Assembly (NCBI GenBank): GCA_965240325.2
Contig: OZ251238.1
Span: 620,001 to 684,000, forward strand
DNA length: 64,000 bases
Direction of reading: 5' to 3'
Source: Rebecca billardiae RCC1528
Lineage: Eukaryota; Protista; Haptophyta
The position numbers and the translations under genes are program-made. A model generated the notes under the pieces. The model worked only from the letters and a program-made list of their open reading frames with translations. It made no database searches and was not told where the DNA came from. Positions 22,358 through 35,085 of the stretch are shown in pieces; positions within the stretch are counted from its first letter, which is position 1, and every line of letters begins with the position of its first letter.

Positions 22358-24957
22358 TCACAGGCTGGCGAGGAAGTCGGTGACGTTGATGGTGCGCGAG
22401 CCTGCGTCGCCCGCGTGGAATTTGCGCATCAGCGTGATGAGCGCCTGGTCTTGCAACTCGAGAGATGCCGCCTTGAGCGCGCGCTGGAAGGCGTCGTAGG
22501 AGACGAAGCCGCTCTCGCCGCCCTCCTCCTTGGCGAGGCTGCGCGCGAGCGCGGCGCGCAGGCGGGCGGATCGGCGGGGCGGACACGCGCGTGAGCGCTG
22601 CTTGGCCCAACGGCGCGGCGCACGCAACCCTCGCGCGCGCGCGTGCGCGCGCACATGTCCGCGAGCTGCTCCTTCTTGCCGTCGCGCACCGAGGCGCCGA
22701 GCTGCTGCAGCACGTAGCCCGCGTCGCTCATCGGGTGCAGGTGGCGCTCCTCCTCCATCAGCGCGAGCGTGTACTCGTCCGCCTGGTACAGGATGAACTT
22801 GTGCGTGTAAAACTCGACCTGCGTTGTGCGCGCCGAGGGGGAGAGAGGGTGTGTGTGGGCGGAGTGTGTGTGTGCGGGGCACGCGGGGAGCGCAGAGCGA
22901 GCGCAGAGCGGGAGAGTGGGGCGACGGCGTGGGCGCGTGTGTGCGCTCCGGTGGGCGGTGGGTGGCGGTGAAAGCGGCGGCGTGCGCGGGCCCGATCCGC
23001 TGTCGCGCGCGGCTGTCCCTCCTCCGCCCGCCCGCCCGCCCCGGGCCCAGCCCACACGCCGTCCACACGCGGCACGCGCCCGGCTCGGAAAGCGCGCCCA
23101 CACCGCTCGCGCTCGCGCTCGCGCTCGCTCGCCCCGCCGCCCTGCACACACGCACACGCACACGCACGCACACGCACACACGCACACGCACACACGCACA
23201 CACGCACACACGCACACACGCACACACGCACACACGCACACACGCACACACGCACACACGCACACACGCACACACGCACACACGCACACACGCACACACG
23301 CACACACGCACACACGCACACACGCACACACGCACACACGCACACACGCACACACGCACACACGCACACACGCACACACGCACACACGCACACACGCACA
23401 CACGCACACACGCACCTGCGCGCCGACGAAGAAGTCCCCCTGGAGGTACCACGAACCGTCCGGCTTCCGCAGCCGCGAGCGCTCGAGGAACTTGCCGCCG
23501 ACGATGCCCGAGTTGCGCGCGGGCGGCTCGAAGACCGAGACCGTGTCGTCGGCCAGGTGGTACTTGATCACGAACACGCGGTCGCCGTCCTCCACCGCCT
23601 CCGAGACCAGCCGCCCCATGAAGCGGAAGACCTTTTGGTCGTACTCCATCATGCGCGTGTGGTTCTTCTTGGGCACCTTGGGCGTGAGGTAGAGGAAGGA
23701 GCCGAGCGAGTCCTCCTCCGTGCCGGGGTGGCCCTGGTAGTGCGGCGGGATCTCCACCTGCGGGCGCACCACCGTGTGGTCGAACTGCATCGGGATGTCC
23801 TCGAAGTCGAGCCCGTACACGCGCCTGTAGTAGTCGCGCGTGTACGCGTCGCAGCCGTGGATGAGAAAGGTGATGCCCTGCACGCGCACCTCCTTGCCCA
23901 CCGCAAAGTCGGTCTCGGAGAAGTAGTGCAGCGAGGCGGGGTCGACCTTGCCCGAGCGGTCGATCAGCTGCGTCGTGTGCGTCGTCGGCGCGTCGGTGCG
24001 CACCAGCGTCTCGATGTCCTTCGCCAGCTTCCCCTTCTTGAGGAAGGACGGGAACGGGTCCCGCCCAGAGTTGGCGCGCTTCACCTCGAGGATCTCCACC
24101 TCGTCGTCCGCGAGGTAGTAGTGGAGGATGAAGGGGCGGAGCTCGCCGTACATGCTCGTGCGGTCGTCCCACGCCAGGTAGAACCGGAGCACCTGCCGGT
24201 CGTGCCGCAGGAACTTGCCCAGCTTGTCCCCGCCGAGCTGCGCGGTCGAGGCGCCCATCTTGGCCTCCATGTAGCGCATCAGGTCGTCCTCAGACGGCCG
24301 CGGGTGGAAGTACTTCTGGTTGCGGATGGTCTGCTCGCGGAGCTGCTCGCGCGTCTGGTTGTACGGGTCGATTGGCGTGTCCTCCGGCGGCCCCTCCTCG
24401 CGCAGCCCGAGCTTCGCCACGAACTCGCGCGTGAACGTGTCGGCGTCCGTGATGTGAAACGTGCGGCCGTAGAGAGTGATGTCCTTGCCGACGCCCAGGT
24501 CGTCCATCGAGACGAACGAGCCGTCGGGCTTCTCGATGCGGTGGCGGCGGATGAAGACGGCGCCCTTGCCCTCGCCCTGCGGGATCCCCGAGTTCTCGAT
24601 CTTCGGCTCGGACACCTGCATCGTGCCGTCCAGCAGGTAGAAGAAGATGATGCAGCGGCGCACGCGCCACGTCTCGTCGCGGCTCTCGACGACCGCCTCC
24701 TTGAAGTAGCACTCGTAGCGGAGCACCTTGCCGTCGAAGACGACGTGGTCGGGCGCGTCGGTGATGCCGAGCTTCTTCGCCAGCGTCTTCGACAGCTGCT
24801 CCTCCACCGGCTTCTTCACGTCGTTCGGGTCGCCGACTTGCATCACGCCCGCGCGCATGCCGAGCGACGTCTTCCGCCGGAAGTCGGTCTGGCTGAAGTC
24901 GCGCACGGTGTTGCCCGGCAGGTTGGGCAGCCCGGGGATGTGGCGTGACGGAGCCAT
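22358..24957 (-). CDS. EFHC1: EFHC1/Rib72-like axonemal protein (3 DM10 domains plus EF-hand-like tail)
   Basis: FDGKVLRYECYFKEAVVES, HDRQVLRFY, YYLADDEVEI and YHLADDTVSVFEP...NSGIVGGKFL. Introns 22819-23415 and ~22539-22654. Confidence 0.92.
23143..23415. repeat. Intronic (GCACACAC)n tandem repeat
   Basis: ~30 near-perfect 8-mers abutting the EFHC1 intron donor. Confidence 0.95.
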
Positions 24958-25339
24958 CGCGAAACACCGGCGCGCCCGCGTGCGCGAGCTCTCTCTCTCT
25001 CTCCCTGCGCGTGCCGCGTGCGCGCAGCTTGCGTCCACGCCCACAAGCGATGGTGAGCCCGAAACGTACCTTGGCCGTGGCGAAACGACCGATTTCGCAC
25101 GCGCAGTTGGCAGCCATCGTGCGGCCCGCAATAACAGCAAGCGGCCTTTGATGCTCACCGGAGCAACAGCAGTGGCAGCCCAAGCCGTGCAGGTCTGCAC
25201 CGCCTGCTTCCCAAGATTCGGAGCTGCGCCAAGCCGGCGCTGCGCCTGCCAGCCTCTTTGTCTCACGCCCAGCGGGCTGGCGCGCGGTCGGCACGGGGTG
25301 GAGGGCGCGGGCGGGCCCCGCGACGAGCCCCAAGCGAGC

Positions 25340-28300
25340 ATGAGCACCGACGACGCCGCCGCCGTGCGCATCCAGGCCGCCGCGCGCGGCCGGCACTCGC
25401 GGCGCTACGCCGACCAGATGAACGAGCAGGCGCTGCAGCAGTGGATCTCGTGGCACCTGGCGTGCAACCAGTTCGCCGAGGCGCGCGAGCTCGGCTGGGA
25501 GGGCGACGAGCAGGCCGTCAAGGCGCGCAACCGCCTCCGCGCGCGCGCCGCGCTGCGCGTCGCCGTGCGCATGCAGGCCGTCGTGCGCAGGCGGCAGGCG
25601 CGCGCGCTCGTCGACGCGCGGCGCGACGAGCGCTCCGTCGAGCTGCAGGGCGTGCGCGAGATGGCGCGCGTGCGCGAGCAGCTCGAGCGCCCGCCAGCGC
25701 AGCTCGTCGCGCGCTTCGCCGACGGCACGCTCGACCTCGCGCGCTTCTGCGCGCCCATCCGCGCGCGCGCGCTCCGCACCGCCGCGGCGTGCGAGCAGCT
25801 TGAGCGCGCGGCGCGCTCGGCCGCGGGCGAGCGCGTGCCCGGCGCGGCGGCGCGCGGCGGCGGCGGCGAGGCGGCGGCGGGGCTGTCCGAGCTCGAGACC
25901 AACGAGCGCATCGACGCGCTGCACCACGCGGGCGCGCAGGCGCGCTGGCTCGCCGAGGCCGCGTCTGAAGACGCGGCCGAGCTCTGGCGACTGCTTCTCA
26001 CGACTCGGCGCCAGGACGCGGGCACGCGCGCGGGCGCGTGCGAGCTGCACATGCGCGCGGCGCTGCGCGTGCACACGGGGCGGGCGAGCTGGCGCTGGTT
26101 CACGCTGCGCCGCGCGCTCGTCGCGCACGGCTACCTCCGCCCGCCCGCCGCGCCCGCGATGCCCGCGGCGCACGGCGGCGGCGGCTCCGGCTCCGGCGCG
26201 GGCGCGGGCGCGGGCGCGGGCGCCGCCCCTGGGCCCGGCGGGCTGGGTACGCCGAGGGGCGTGTCGGCGCTGGCCGCGCGGCCGCGTGGGATGGGCACGC
26301 CGTCGCGCACGCCCGCGGCGCGCCGCGCGGCCGCCGCCGCCACGCTCGGCGGCACGCGCGCCGCCGCCGACTCGGAGCCGGCCAACTGGCGAGCAGTCAG
26401 GGACGACCTCAGGGCAAGGCTGCACCTGGGGGCGCTGCGGGAAGTGGCGACGGCGGCGGCGGCGCGCTCGGCGGAGGGCGGCGCGGAGGGCGGCGGCGCG
26501 GCGGGCGGCGCGGCGCGCGAGCCGACGCCGCGCGCGCAGCTCGCGCGGCTCGGCGCGCTGCTGCACGCGTGCGGCGGCGACGACGCCATCGCTGAGGCTC
26601 TCTCAGTGCACAGTCAGGCGCCCGCGCCGCCGCCGACCGCCGCGGCCGCGGCCGGCGGCGGCGGCGGTTATGGCGGCGGCGGTGGGAGCGGCGGCGGGGG
26701 CGAGGGCGAGGGGATGCAGCGCGGCGGGCCGGGCGCGGTGCGCAGGCAGCCCAGCGGCGGCACGGCGCTCGGCGGACACGCGCTCCAGCGCGCGCGCCGC
26801 ATCGCGGAGCTGCACGCAACGCGCGCAGAGAGCTGGCGCGCGCGCGTCGCGGTCGGGCTCGCGCGCTGGTGCCGCGCGCTGGACGACGCGCACTCGCAGC
26901 TGCTGCGGCTGCAGGGCGCGCTGAAGGGCGGGCGCGCGGGCGGCGTGCTCGCGGGCAGCGTGGTGCGCAGCGCGCGCGCCTCCGACGCGCGCGCGCTGCC
27001 CGCGCCGCCCGCGCGCGCCGCTACCGTCGTCGGCATCGCTCGGCCGTCGGCACTGGCTCTGCGGCGCGGCTCGGCGCCGGCGGGCGGCGCGCCGGGCGGC
27101 GGCGGGTATGGCGGCCGCGACGGCGGCGAGTACGCCGACGAGGGCAGCGCCGTGAGCGAGCGCCGGCTCAGCGGCAGCAGCGAGCGCAGCGCCGGCGGCC
27201 GCGCGCCCACGCGCACCCTTGAGGAGCTGCAGCTGCAGCAGCAGCGGCTGGAGGCGTCGGCGCTGCGCGCGGCCGCGGGGCTTCGGCTCGGCGGCGCCGG
27301 CGGGGTCAAGCCGCTCAGCCTCGCCATCGCCGCGTCCGCGCGCAGCAAGCCGGGCTCGAGCGCGCCCTCGGTCAGCGCGGCGTCGGCGCCGCCGAGCGCC
27401 AGCTACTTCTACGCCTCACACCGCGGCCCCGGCGACGGCCTGCCTGGCGCGCATGAGGGCGCGGGCGGCGGCGCGGGCGGCGGCGGCACGGCCCTCATCG
27501 CGCTCGGGGGGTCGGACGGTGGCGCGCATGGCTGGCCGCTCAGCTCGGGGCCGTCCTCCTCCGGCAGCCACGCTGACGGCTGGGACGCGGAGGGCGGCGT
27601 GTACACGCACGAGCCGAGCGTCGCCGCAGTGTCCTACGCCGCCGCGGCGCGCTGGCGTGCGACGAGTACGCGCGCCGCGCAGCGCTCGTGGCGCCGGCCG
27701 GGCGGCGCGGCGGTCGCGCGCGCTCTGTCCTTGCTCGTGGATGAAGGGGCGTCGCTGGAGGCGAAGCTGGAGGCGGTGGCGGAGGTGGAGGCGGCGGAGG
27801 ACGACGCGCAGACGGACGGCGTGCTGCGCGCGCTCGCGCCGCCGCCCACGCCACCGCGCGCTGTGCCGCTGCACGCGGCCGGCTGGGTGGCAAGCGGCAA
27901 GGGCGGCGGCGGCAAGGGCGGCGGCGGCGCGGCCCGCGCCGTTGTGCGCGCGGGCGGTGAGGCCGGCACGCTCGTCCCGTACCAGTACGGCCGTGCGCCG
28001 CCGCCCGCGCCGATGCCGCACGCGCAGGCGCTGCAGTGGGCGCACGAGGCGCTCGGCTGTGCACAGGACACGCGCCGCGCCCTTGAGGTGCGCACCGCGC
28101 GCGCGCTGCGCGGGCGGCGCGCCGCGACGGCCGCCCGTGCGCTCACCGCCCACGCTCGCCCGCGCGCGCGCACCGCGCCCGCGCCGCCGCTGCCCGCGCA
28201 GGCCGAGCACGCGGCGCGCGCGCGGCTGTCGATGCGCGCCGACGGGCTCGAAGCGGCCGCGGGCGCAATGCACGTGGCTAGCCTGGAGGGCGCCATCGCA

Positions 28301-29462
28301 CTCGGCGCGGAGTTGTTCGCAGCCCTCGACGCGCGCGCACGCGAGGTGTGTGTATGCGCTCGGGGGCGCGAGTGCACGCGCCGCCCGCCGCCCGCGCGCC
28401 CGCCTGCTCGCTCGCGACACGGGCTGGCCGCCGGCCGTGCACCGCACCGCCGCCCGGCAGCAACGGGCGCGGGTCGGACGCGCGCGAAGACCGCCCGACC
28501 GATCGCGCACGCGCCGGCTGAGCAGAGCGTCGTCCATTGCCCTCCCCTGCCCTCCCCTGCCCCCCCTCCTTCGCCCCAGCTCTCCACCGCGTCCGCCCAG
28601 ACGACCGCCTCCGCCACGCAGCGCGCGCTGCTCGATGCGTACACGATGGTGGCGGACGTGCTCTTCGCGACGCAGGCGCGCAAGCGGATGATGACCGAGC
28701 GGGCGGCCGCGTTGCGCGCCGTCGAGCGCTGTGAGGTGCGCGCGCACGGCGGCGCGCCGTGTGCTTTGCGCGCCGCGCCGCCGCGCGCCTGCGCCGCCAC
28801 GCGCCGCGCCGCCGCACGCGCTCAGCAGCCCGCCGCGCCGCCGCCGCCGCGCCGCCGCCGCCGCGCAGGCGACGCGCGCACGGCTCGCGCGGCTCGGGCG
28901 CTCCGAAGTGCCCCACGTCAAGCTCGTGCGCGGGCAGCAGGCGGAGGTCGAGGCCGAGCTCGGCCGCGAGCGAGCGCGCGCGCACTCACTCAAGGGCCGC
29001 ATTGACGGCCTCACGACGTCAGCGCGCGCGCTCATCGACGTCGAGCTCTTCCCTGAGGTGGTGGACCTGCTCGAGCTCGGGCTCGCGGCCGGCGCGACCG
29101 AGCCTGCCGTCGTGCGCCCGCCGAGCGCGCGCGCGAGCCCGCGCGGCGGCGGCGGCGGCAGCGGCGGCGGCGGCATGCCGCTGCCTCCGCACGCGGCGAC
29201 GTCTACACTCGACGCGCAGCCGCAGCAGCAGCATGAGAACGGGCCCGAGCCCAGCGGCTACGCACCCTACGGCCCCTACTACCAGTACAGCGCGTACGGG
29301 CCCGGGCGGCGCACCCACGGCACGGGCCTCGCGGCGCGCGGAGCGACCACGCGCGCCGTCGAGGCAGTCGGCGAGGATGGCGGCGGCGAGAACGTCGGGC
29401 CTCGCACAGAGACCTTCCCCGTGCACGCGCCTCGGCCGAGCCATCGCGCGCGCGCGCGCTGA
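25340..29462 (+). CDS. IQ-motif, Ala/Gly-rich coiled-coil protein (multi-exon, hypothetical)
   Basis: IQAAARGRHSRR and MQAVVRRRQAR motifs. Likely introns near 28088, 28346 and 28736. Transcribed divergently from EFHC1. Confidence 0.6.
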
Positions 29463-29674
29463 GAGCCGCCAGGGACCGCAGGCGCGCGCGCAGTGTACGT
29501 CGAAGCGCATCATCCGAGGCGCCTCCAGGCGGGGCCGGTCCGCAGATCGAGGCCTTGTGGGCGCTCGGTTGGATTGTCAGAGTCTGCCAGTCTGGGTCAC
29601 GGCGGGACACTCATAGTGCACAGCACGGCGCCACGGGCACGGGCGGGCACGGAGCCACGGTATGACTATGACGG

Positions 29675-29718
29675 TAACCAAGTGTGCACGTTAAAACATA
29701 TATATATAGTAAACTGTA
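29675..29718 (+). repeat. Repeat family A, 3'-end-only copy
   Basis: taaccaagtgtgcacgttaaaacatatatatatagtaaactgta matches the ends of the other two copies. Confidence 0.75.
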
Positions 29719-30310
29719 CCTGTGGCTGTGGGCACGCCCACGCGGCACGCAGCCCGTGCCGCCGCCGTGCCGCGCGGGCACGGCCACTGAGTCACAGTCA
29801 TCAGTCATTCAATACTGATATTACGGTCACCGGACACCGCCGCACGGACACGGTCGGCCGTCGCGGCGTCGCGCGGACCGTCGGCGTCGGCGTCGGCTGA
29901 CGCTGTCCGACTCCGTCGCGCGGTCGCGCCGACCGGGCGCCCGGACCGTGGGCGTGATCCGCCTGATGATGATGATCCGGCCGCCGCTCGGGCCGCAGCA
30001 TGAGCCTGAGGTCAGCAAGAATCAGACATATACAGACACTCCCGGAGGCCGGACCCGCCCGAGTCCCGACCCGGGCGGGCCGGGCCCGGCGAGTGCGACC
30101 CGCGGCGCGAGACCGACAGACCGTCCCGCGCCGACGAAATGAACCCGCGCCGCGGCCATCGAATTCGATGCTGACCACATCAGGCGCGGACGACCACACG
30201 CAGCCAAGCTCGCACAAAACTACGCCAGCGGTGTGCTGGTAGCTGCTCATCACCTTCGGCGCCGGAGCCGCCGCATTTCCAGTTGCCGTACTGTGAGCTA
30301 CAGTCAGCCG

Positions 30311-30754
30311 CTACGAGTCGAGCGTGAGGGAGCCCGATGTGACGGTGAGCGCGTCGCCCGAGCCGCCGATCTGCAGCAGCCACGTGGGGTTCTTGGAGTT
30401 TGGGTAGCCAGCGCATGTGGAGCCGGGCAGCTGGTCGAGATCACGAGAAGTACCCCAACCCGGTTGAGTCCAGTTGGTCAGCTCCACCTTGGGATACGGC
30501 GGCAGCCCACTCGCATGGAAATTGAACAGCTTGTTGCCCGCGCTGTCGTCGATCCGGTACGTCACATCGCCCGCATCGTCGTCGGCGTCGTCCCAGATGC
30601 TCGCATCCTGCTCGTAGTAGATCACCGGCGAGGCCCCGGCCGCGATGGAGTCCGGGAACGGGCCCCACTGGTTCATCTGGTACGAGTGCGACGCTGTCTT
30701 GGTGAACGAGTACGGCGTGTTGTTCACAAGCTTCAGGCAGCTGCCGAAGCCCAT
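30311..30754 (-). CDS. Small beta-rich protein (PI-PLC N-terminal / aegerolysin-like domain), paralog 1, 147 aa
   Basis: MGFGSCLKLVNNTPYSFTKTASHSYQMNQW..FPDSIAAG...DDAGDVTY. ORF conserved with the adjacent paralog. Confidence 0.75.
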   Translation of the reverse strand: MGFGSCLKLVNNTPYSFTKTASHSYQMNQWGPFPDSIAAGASPVIYYEQDASIWDDADDDAGDVTYRIDDSAGNKLFNFHASGLPPYPKVELTNWTQPGWGTSRDLDQLPGSTCAGYPNSKNPTWLLQIGGSGDALTVTSGSLTLDS

Positions 30755-31431
30755 GGCGCACACTCGGACGCGAGGCTGCGGGAGGGTAATGAGGCGCGTG
30801 GCGCACAATAAGCGTCTTCCTGTGCGCATTCGCGATGCATGTGGGCCGCGCGAACGCGGCCGCGTGCTCACCGCGGGCGATGGATTGAAGACCGGAGATC
30901 GACCACCCTTGGGAGATCGAACTCGCCGGCGGCGGCGGCGGCGCGCGCGAGCGATCCCGCTCAATCGCTCATCAAAGGGTTCAGGGTGGAACGTCATCCA
31001 GCCGAATAGTACTTGAACGTGTAACGTTTTCACGCATCATCGCAATTTATTAATAGCGCAGCAGTGCCGCGTCAGATTGCTGGCAAAAATTTTAGCCAAC
31101 AAGACCAAGGGCAAGTTCGCCGCAGTCTCTCGTTGAAACGAACGTCCGTCGTCCCGCTGGCCGATCGCGGCTGCAGCTCGCACGCGTGCTGACGCGGGCG
31201 GTGCTCTCGACCGGCGTCATCTGGCGTCCCGCGGGCCGCGCGCGGTAACTGGTGTGAAAGTGCCAGTGCAGGTCGTCGCCACGGTCCGGTGCCGGCGCGG
31301 ACTGGCGGTGGGCACCATAGTGCCGCGGACACGCCACATCTGCGGCCGCTCGCCACAACACGAGGACACCGAAATCCACCCATTCATGATCAGTCCGAGC
31401 ACACGAAGACACCCAAGCATGGCTATGAAAG

Positions 31432-31866
31432 CTAGAGCGTGACGACGGAGCCCGTTGTGAGGGTGAGTGCCTCGCCCGAGCCGCCGATCTGCAGAAGCCA
31501 CGTGGGGTTCTTGGAGGAGCCGGCGCATACGGAGTCGGCCATCTGGGAGAGATCGCCGGATATGCCCCAACCAGGGGCGGTCCAGTTGGTCAGCTCCACC
31601 ATGGGATACGGCGGCAGCCCACTCGCATGGAAATTGAACTGCTTGTTGCCCTCGATGTCGTCGATCCGGTACGTCACATCGCCCGCATCGTCGTCGGTAT
31701 CGTCCCAGATGCTCGCATCCTTCTCGTATTGGGTGACCGGCGAGGCCCCGGCCGCGATGGAGCCCGGGAACGGGCCCCACCGGTTCATCTGGTACGAGTG
31801 CGACGCTGTCTTGGTGAACGAGTACGGCGTGTTGTTCACAAGCTTCAGGCAGCTAACGTCGCCCAT
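31432..31866 (-). CDS. Small beta-rich protein, paralog 2, 144 aa
   Basis: Tandem duplicate of 30311-30754 with the frame preserved and upstream sequence also similar. Confidence 0.75.
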   Translation of the reverse strand: MGDVSCLKLVNNTPYSFTKTASHSYQMNRWGPFPGSIAAGASPVTQYEKDASIWDDTDDDAGDVTYRIDDIEGNKQFNFHASGLPPYPMVELTNWTAPGWGISGDLSQMADSVCAGSSKNPTWLLQIGGSGEALTLTTGSVVTL

Positions 31867-32210
31867 GGCGCACACTCGGAAGGGAGGCTGCGGGAGGGCG
31901 GCAGGGCACGTGGCGCGAAATGAGGGACTTGCGCTGCGCGATGGCTGTGATGTGGGCTACTCACGGCCGTGCTCACCGCGTGCGGCGGACCGACGACAAC
32001 AGTGGGCAAAGCGCCGCCGGCGGCCTGCGATCTCAGAGATCCTGCAGTGGTTCATCAGCTTCCGTTTCAAGTTCATCCCGATGACATCAGGGTGTGCATG
32101 CAGTGCATCCCAAACCGTCCTCGCCCGGACTTCGCGGCGGGCTGCGTTTCCACGGCCGCCCCGACGGCGAGGGCGGCTCGGGCTTGCCGGGCGTGCGTGC
32201 GACCGCTGGC

Positions 32211-34077
32211 ATGGAGGACGCACGGCCGCGCGGCGCCGCGACGGGCGTGGAATTCGCGCGCTCACCGCCTTGGCCGGCGGCCACGATGCTCGTGCTCGCC
32301 GTCGCGCTGCACGGCGTGGTGGTGGCGGCCAGCCTGCCCATCTGCGACAGCCCCTTCGCCGTGCCGGGCATGGAGCTTGGCATGCGCACGTACACGGCCG
32401 ACGCTCAGAACGGCACGGCGCTGTGCCCTCCCAACACCTCGTACAGCGCGCTCGAGCGGCGGCGCACGAGCTGCCTCGTGCCCACGCCGAGCGGGTACCG
32501 CGCGCCCGGTGGCACGCGGCCGGGCCTCGTCCGCGCCGTCCCGCTGCGCAACCTCGACGCGGGCAGCATGGCGCAGCTCCAGCGCGCCAAGAAGTTCCAG
32601 CACTGGGTGCGTGTGGCGGGAGATTCGCTCGAGATCCCGCAGGGCTCGAGCTGCGGCGAGGTGGGCTTGCTTGCGCGCGGCATCGCCAAGCTGCTCGGCA
32701 CGACCAGCGCGCGCCGCGCCTCGCCGCGCGCGCGCGCGATCATGCTCGACATGGGCTGCGGCGTCGCCTCGCTCGACGCTGCGCTCCTCGAGCACGGCGT
32801 GGCGCCTCTCGGCGTCGCGCCCGTCGACGCGCACGCGGGCCAGATGCAGGTGGTCTCCGAGCGCGGGGTGCCGTACATGGTGGGCGTGGTGTCCATGATG
32901 GAGCGGCTGCCGCTGCCCGCTGGCAGCCTCGACGTCGTCTACTGCTGCTGGTGAGGGCGCGCGCCCCCCAGCGGCCGGCAGCGGCCAGGCAGCCGCACTG
33001 CGGCCGGGCGCGCGCGGCCGCTCAGGCGTGTGGCGCGCGCGTCGCCCCGCCCCGTTGCGCGCGCCCAGGTGCCGCGCGTCGTGGCCCACGCAGGTGGCCC
33101 AGCTGCTGCGCCCCGGCGCCGGCTTCTTCCTTATCGACAACGGCCACTCCAAGTCCTTTTTCCAGGCAGGCGGCGCCGGGCGGCGCGGCGGCTCCGAGGC
33201 TGAGTACTGCATGGCGCGGCACGCCCAGATTCAATCTGGCAAGTACAAGCTGAACGTGTTCCGCCGGCTGTCCGAGGCGGAGTGCGCGGCGAAGCAGCGC
33301 GCGCGCGGGGACGGGCGCGCAGCGCTGCCCGCGTGCACGCCGGCGCAGCTGCTCGACGCGCGCCCAGCCCCGTGCCTGCCAACCTCGGAGCAGCTCGGCT
33401 CGGGCGCGGCGGACGGCGCGGACGCTGCCGACGGGCAGGCGGCCGGCGTGGCGCCGCGGACGTCCGAGGCCGGCGCGAGCGAGTGGGCGCGCCGAGTGCT
33501 CGCGCACCTGCCGACGCGCACCGCGCTGCTGCGCGCGCTGCTCGTGGGTGACGATGGCCGCCACGCAGACGCGCTCCTGCGCGAGTGGCGCCGGCTCGGC
33601 CGGCCGGCAGACGGGCTGCAGCCGACCGTTGTCTCGCCCCTCCGCGTGCTGCGCGCCGCGTACGCGCGCGGCTGGCCCGGGTACGCCGACGACCTGTGCG
33701 CCGCGCTGCCGCACTACCCGAGGGCCTTCGACCTCGTGCTGCTGCTCCCGACCGCCCTCGAGCGCGCGGCGGCGCGGTGCGTGCCGCGCCGCGCGGCCGA
33801 GGGCAGCGCTGTCGCCGAGGTGGCGCGCGCGCTGCTGCTGGACCTGCTGCGAGTGGCCGCGGTGCCCGCGCTGCTCTCGGTGCAGCTGCCGGCGGCCGGT
33901 GCGGAGCCCGCGGCCAGCGCGGTGCGCCGCGCCGTGGACGAGGCGATGAGCGCAGGTGCCGTGGCGCTGCCACCCGGCGCCCAGCCCGCGGCGGAGCCAT
34001 CGGGCGCGGCTGATGGCGAGGGCCGTGCTCATGAGCTCGTGCTCGAGAGGCGCGCGCTGCGGCTGCCAACTCAATAA
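32211..34077 (+). CDS. SAM-dependent methyltransferase, Methyltransf_29/DUF248 (QUA2/PMT-like)
   Basis: LER...CLVPTPSGYRAP, MLDMGCGVAS, APVDAHAGQMQVVSERGVP, RLPLP.GSLDVVYCCWCR, LLRPG and YPRAFDLV. Intron 32951-33068. Start may be 32286. Confidence 0.75.
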
Positions 34078-34133
34078 CCGAGTGCTATAGCAGCTTTCAG
34101 AGCTAGCTTAGCATCGGCGATGCAGTCTCACTG

Positions 34134-35085
34134 CTGGCTCCAGCCACAGTCAGGGACGTCCACTGACCCTATGGGGGGGGTGCATTTAGACGAACCCCTG
34201 GGAGCCAGGGAGCGATGAGGGTACCAATCGAAAGATCTCCGGGGCGGCGGACGAAGCCGCAGGTTCAAAACCGAAGCCGCAGACGATTTCGTATGTTTCC
34301 TTGTCCTTGAACGCGTCGTCACAGTCGAACACGGAGGACTCCATCGTGCTGAACTTTTTTTTGGGCTCCCGGACCGGTCTCTCGCACGATGGAGCGCCGC
34401 CGAGCGAGCGAGGAGACGAGACGTCTTGGAGGCCTTGATCCGGGCGCATCCGCTGGTTGGCCGCGGCACCCTGTCGCGCTCGCGCCCCGGGTGCACCTTC
34501 GTGCACTGAGAGTCACCGATGGGCGAGAAGCTGCTCGTCGACTCGAGCAAGCTGCGCGCTTTCCGCGTCGAGCTGCTCGCGCCGGCGGCCACACCTCGCG
34601 GCGGTGCGGGCGTGCGCATGAGCTTGTCGGCTTCTAGCTGCTCGCGCCCCGGGCCGCGCCGTCAGCTCGTGGTGCCACGGGTATGCGCACGAGCTCGTGC
34701 TTGGCTGCAGCTCCTCAGAGGACTGCCACAGCTGGCTGGCTCAGAGCTTGTTCGCGAGTGCTAAGGTGCGGCGTGGCCTGCGCGGTGCGCCGCAGCGGTC
34801 AATGCGTTGCTCGATCCTGCACTACGCTACGTCTTGACTCGCGAGGGAGGCGCCGATATTGGGGCTGTGTGCAATGCGTCATGGCCGCCCGGCGCAGAGC
34901 CGACGCCGCACGACGCAGCCCTCAGCCAACACCAGCGAACACGGTCTGCTATGCGAATTCTGGCGAGTTGGGGCCTTATTGAGGCGTATTTGGTCCTTCG
35001 ATCGGCTGGGGGGAGCCCCCCCCAGACCCCCCCAGAGAGTCTGAATGCACCCCTGCTAGACGTCCCGGACAGTGACCGGAGCCTG
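34134..35085. mobile_element. Degenerate TIR element (MITE/hAT-like)
   Basis: GGGGTGCATTTAGAC (~34177-34191) inverts with GTCTGAATGCACCCC (~35039-35053). A second imperfect IR lies outside it (ggctccagccacagtcagggacgtc / gacgtcccggacagtgaccggagcc). Confidence 0.5.

Noticed and set aside
23143-23415. CVCACVRV or His/Thr repeat protein, or a CRISPR-like array
   Set aside because: A simple 8-bp intronic satellite with no spacers. EFHC1 splices across it.
32945-32960. In-frame TGA after CCW in the methyltransferase as possible selenocysteine
   Set aside because: The TGA lies within a GTGAG splice donor. Splicing to 33069 restores the frame.
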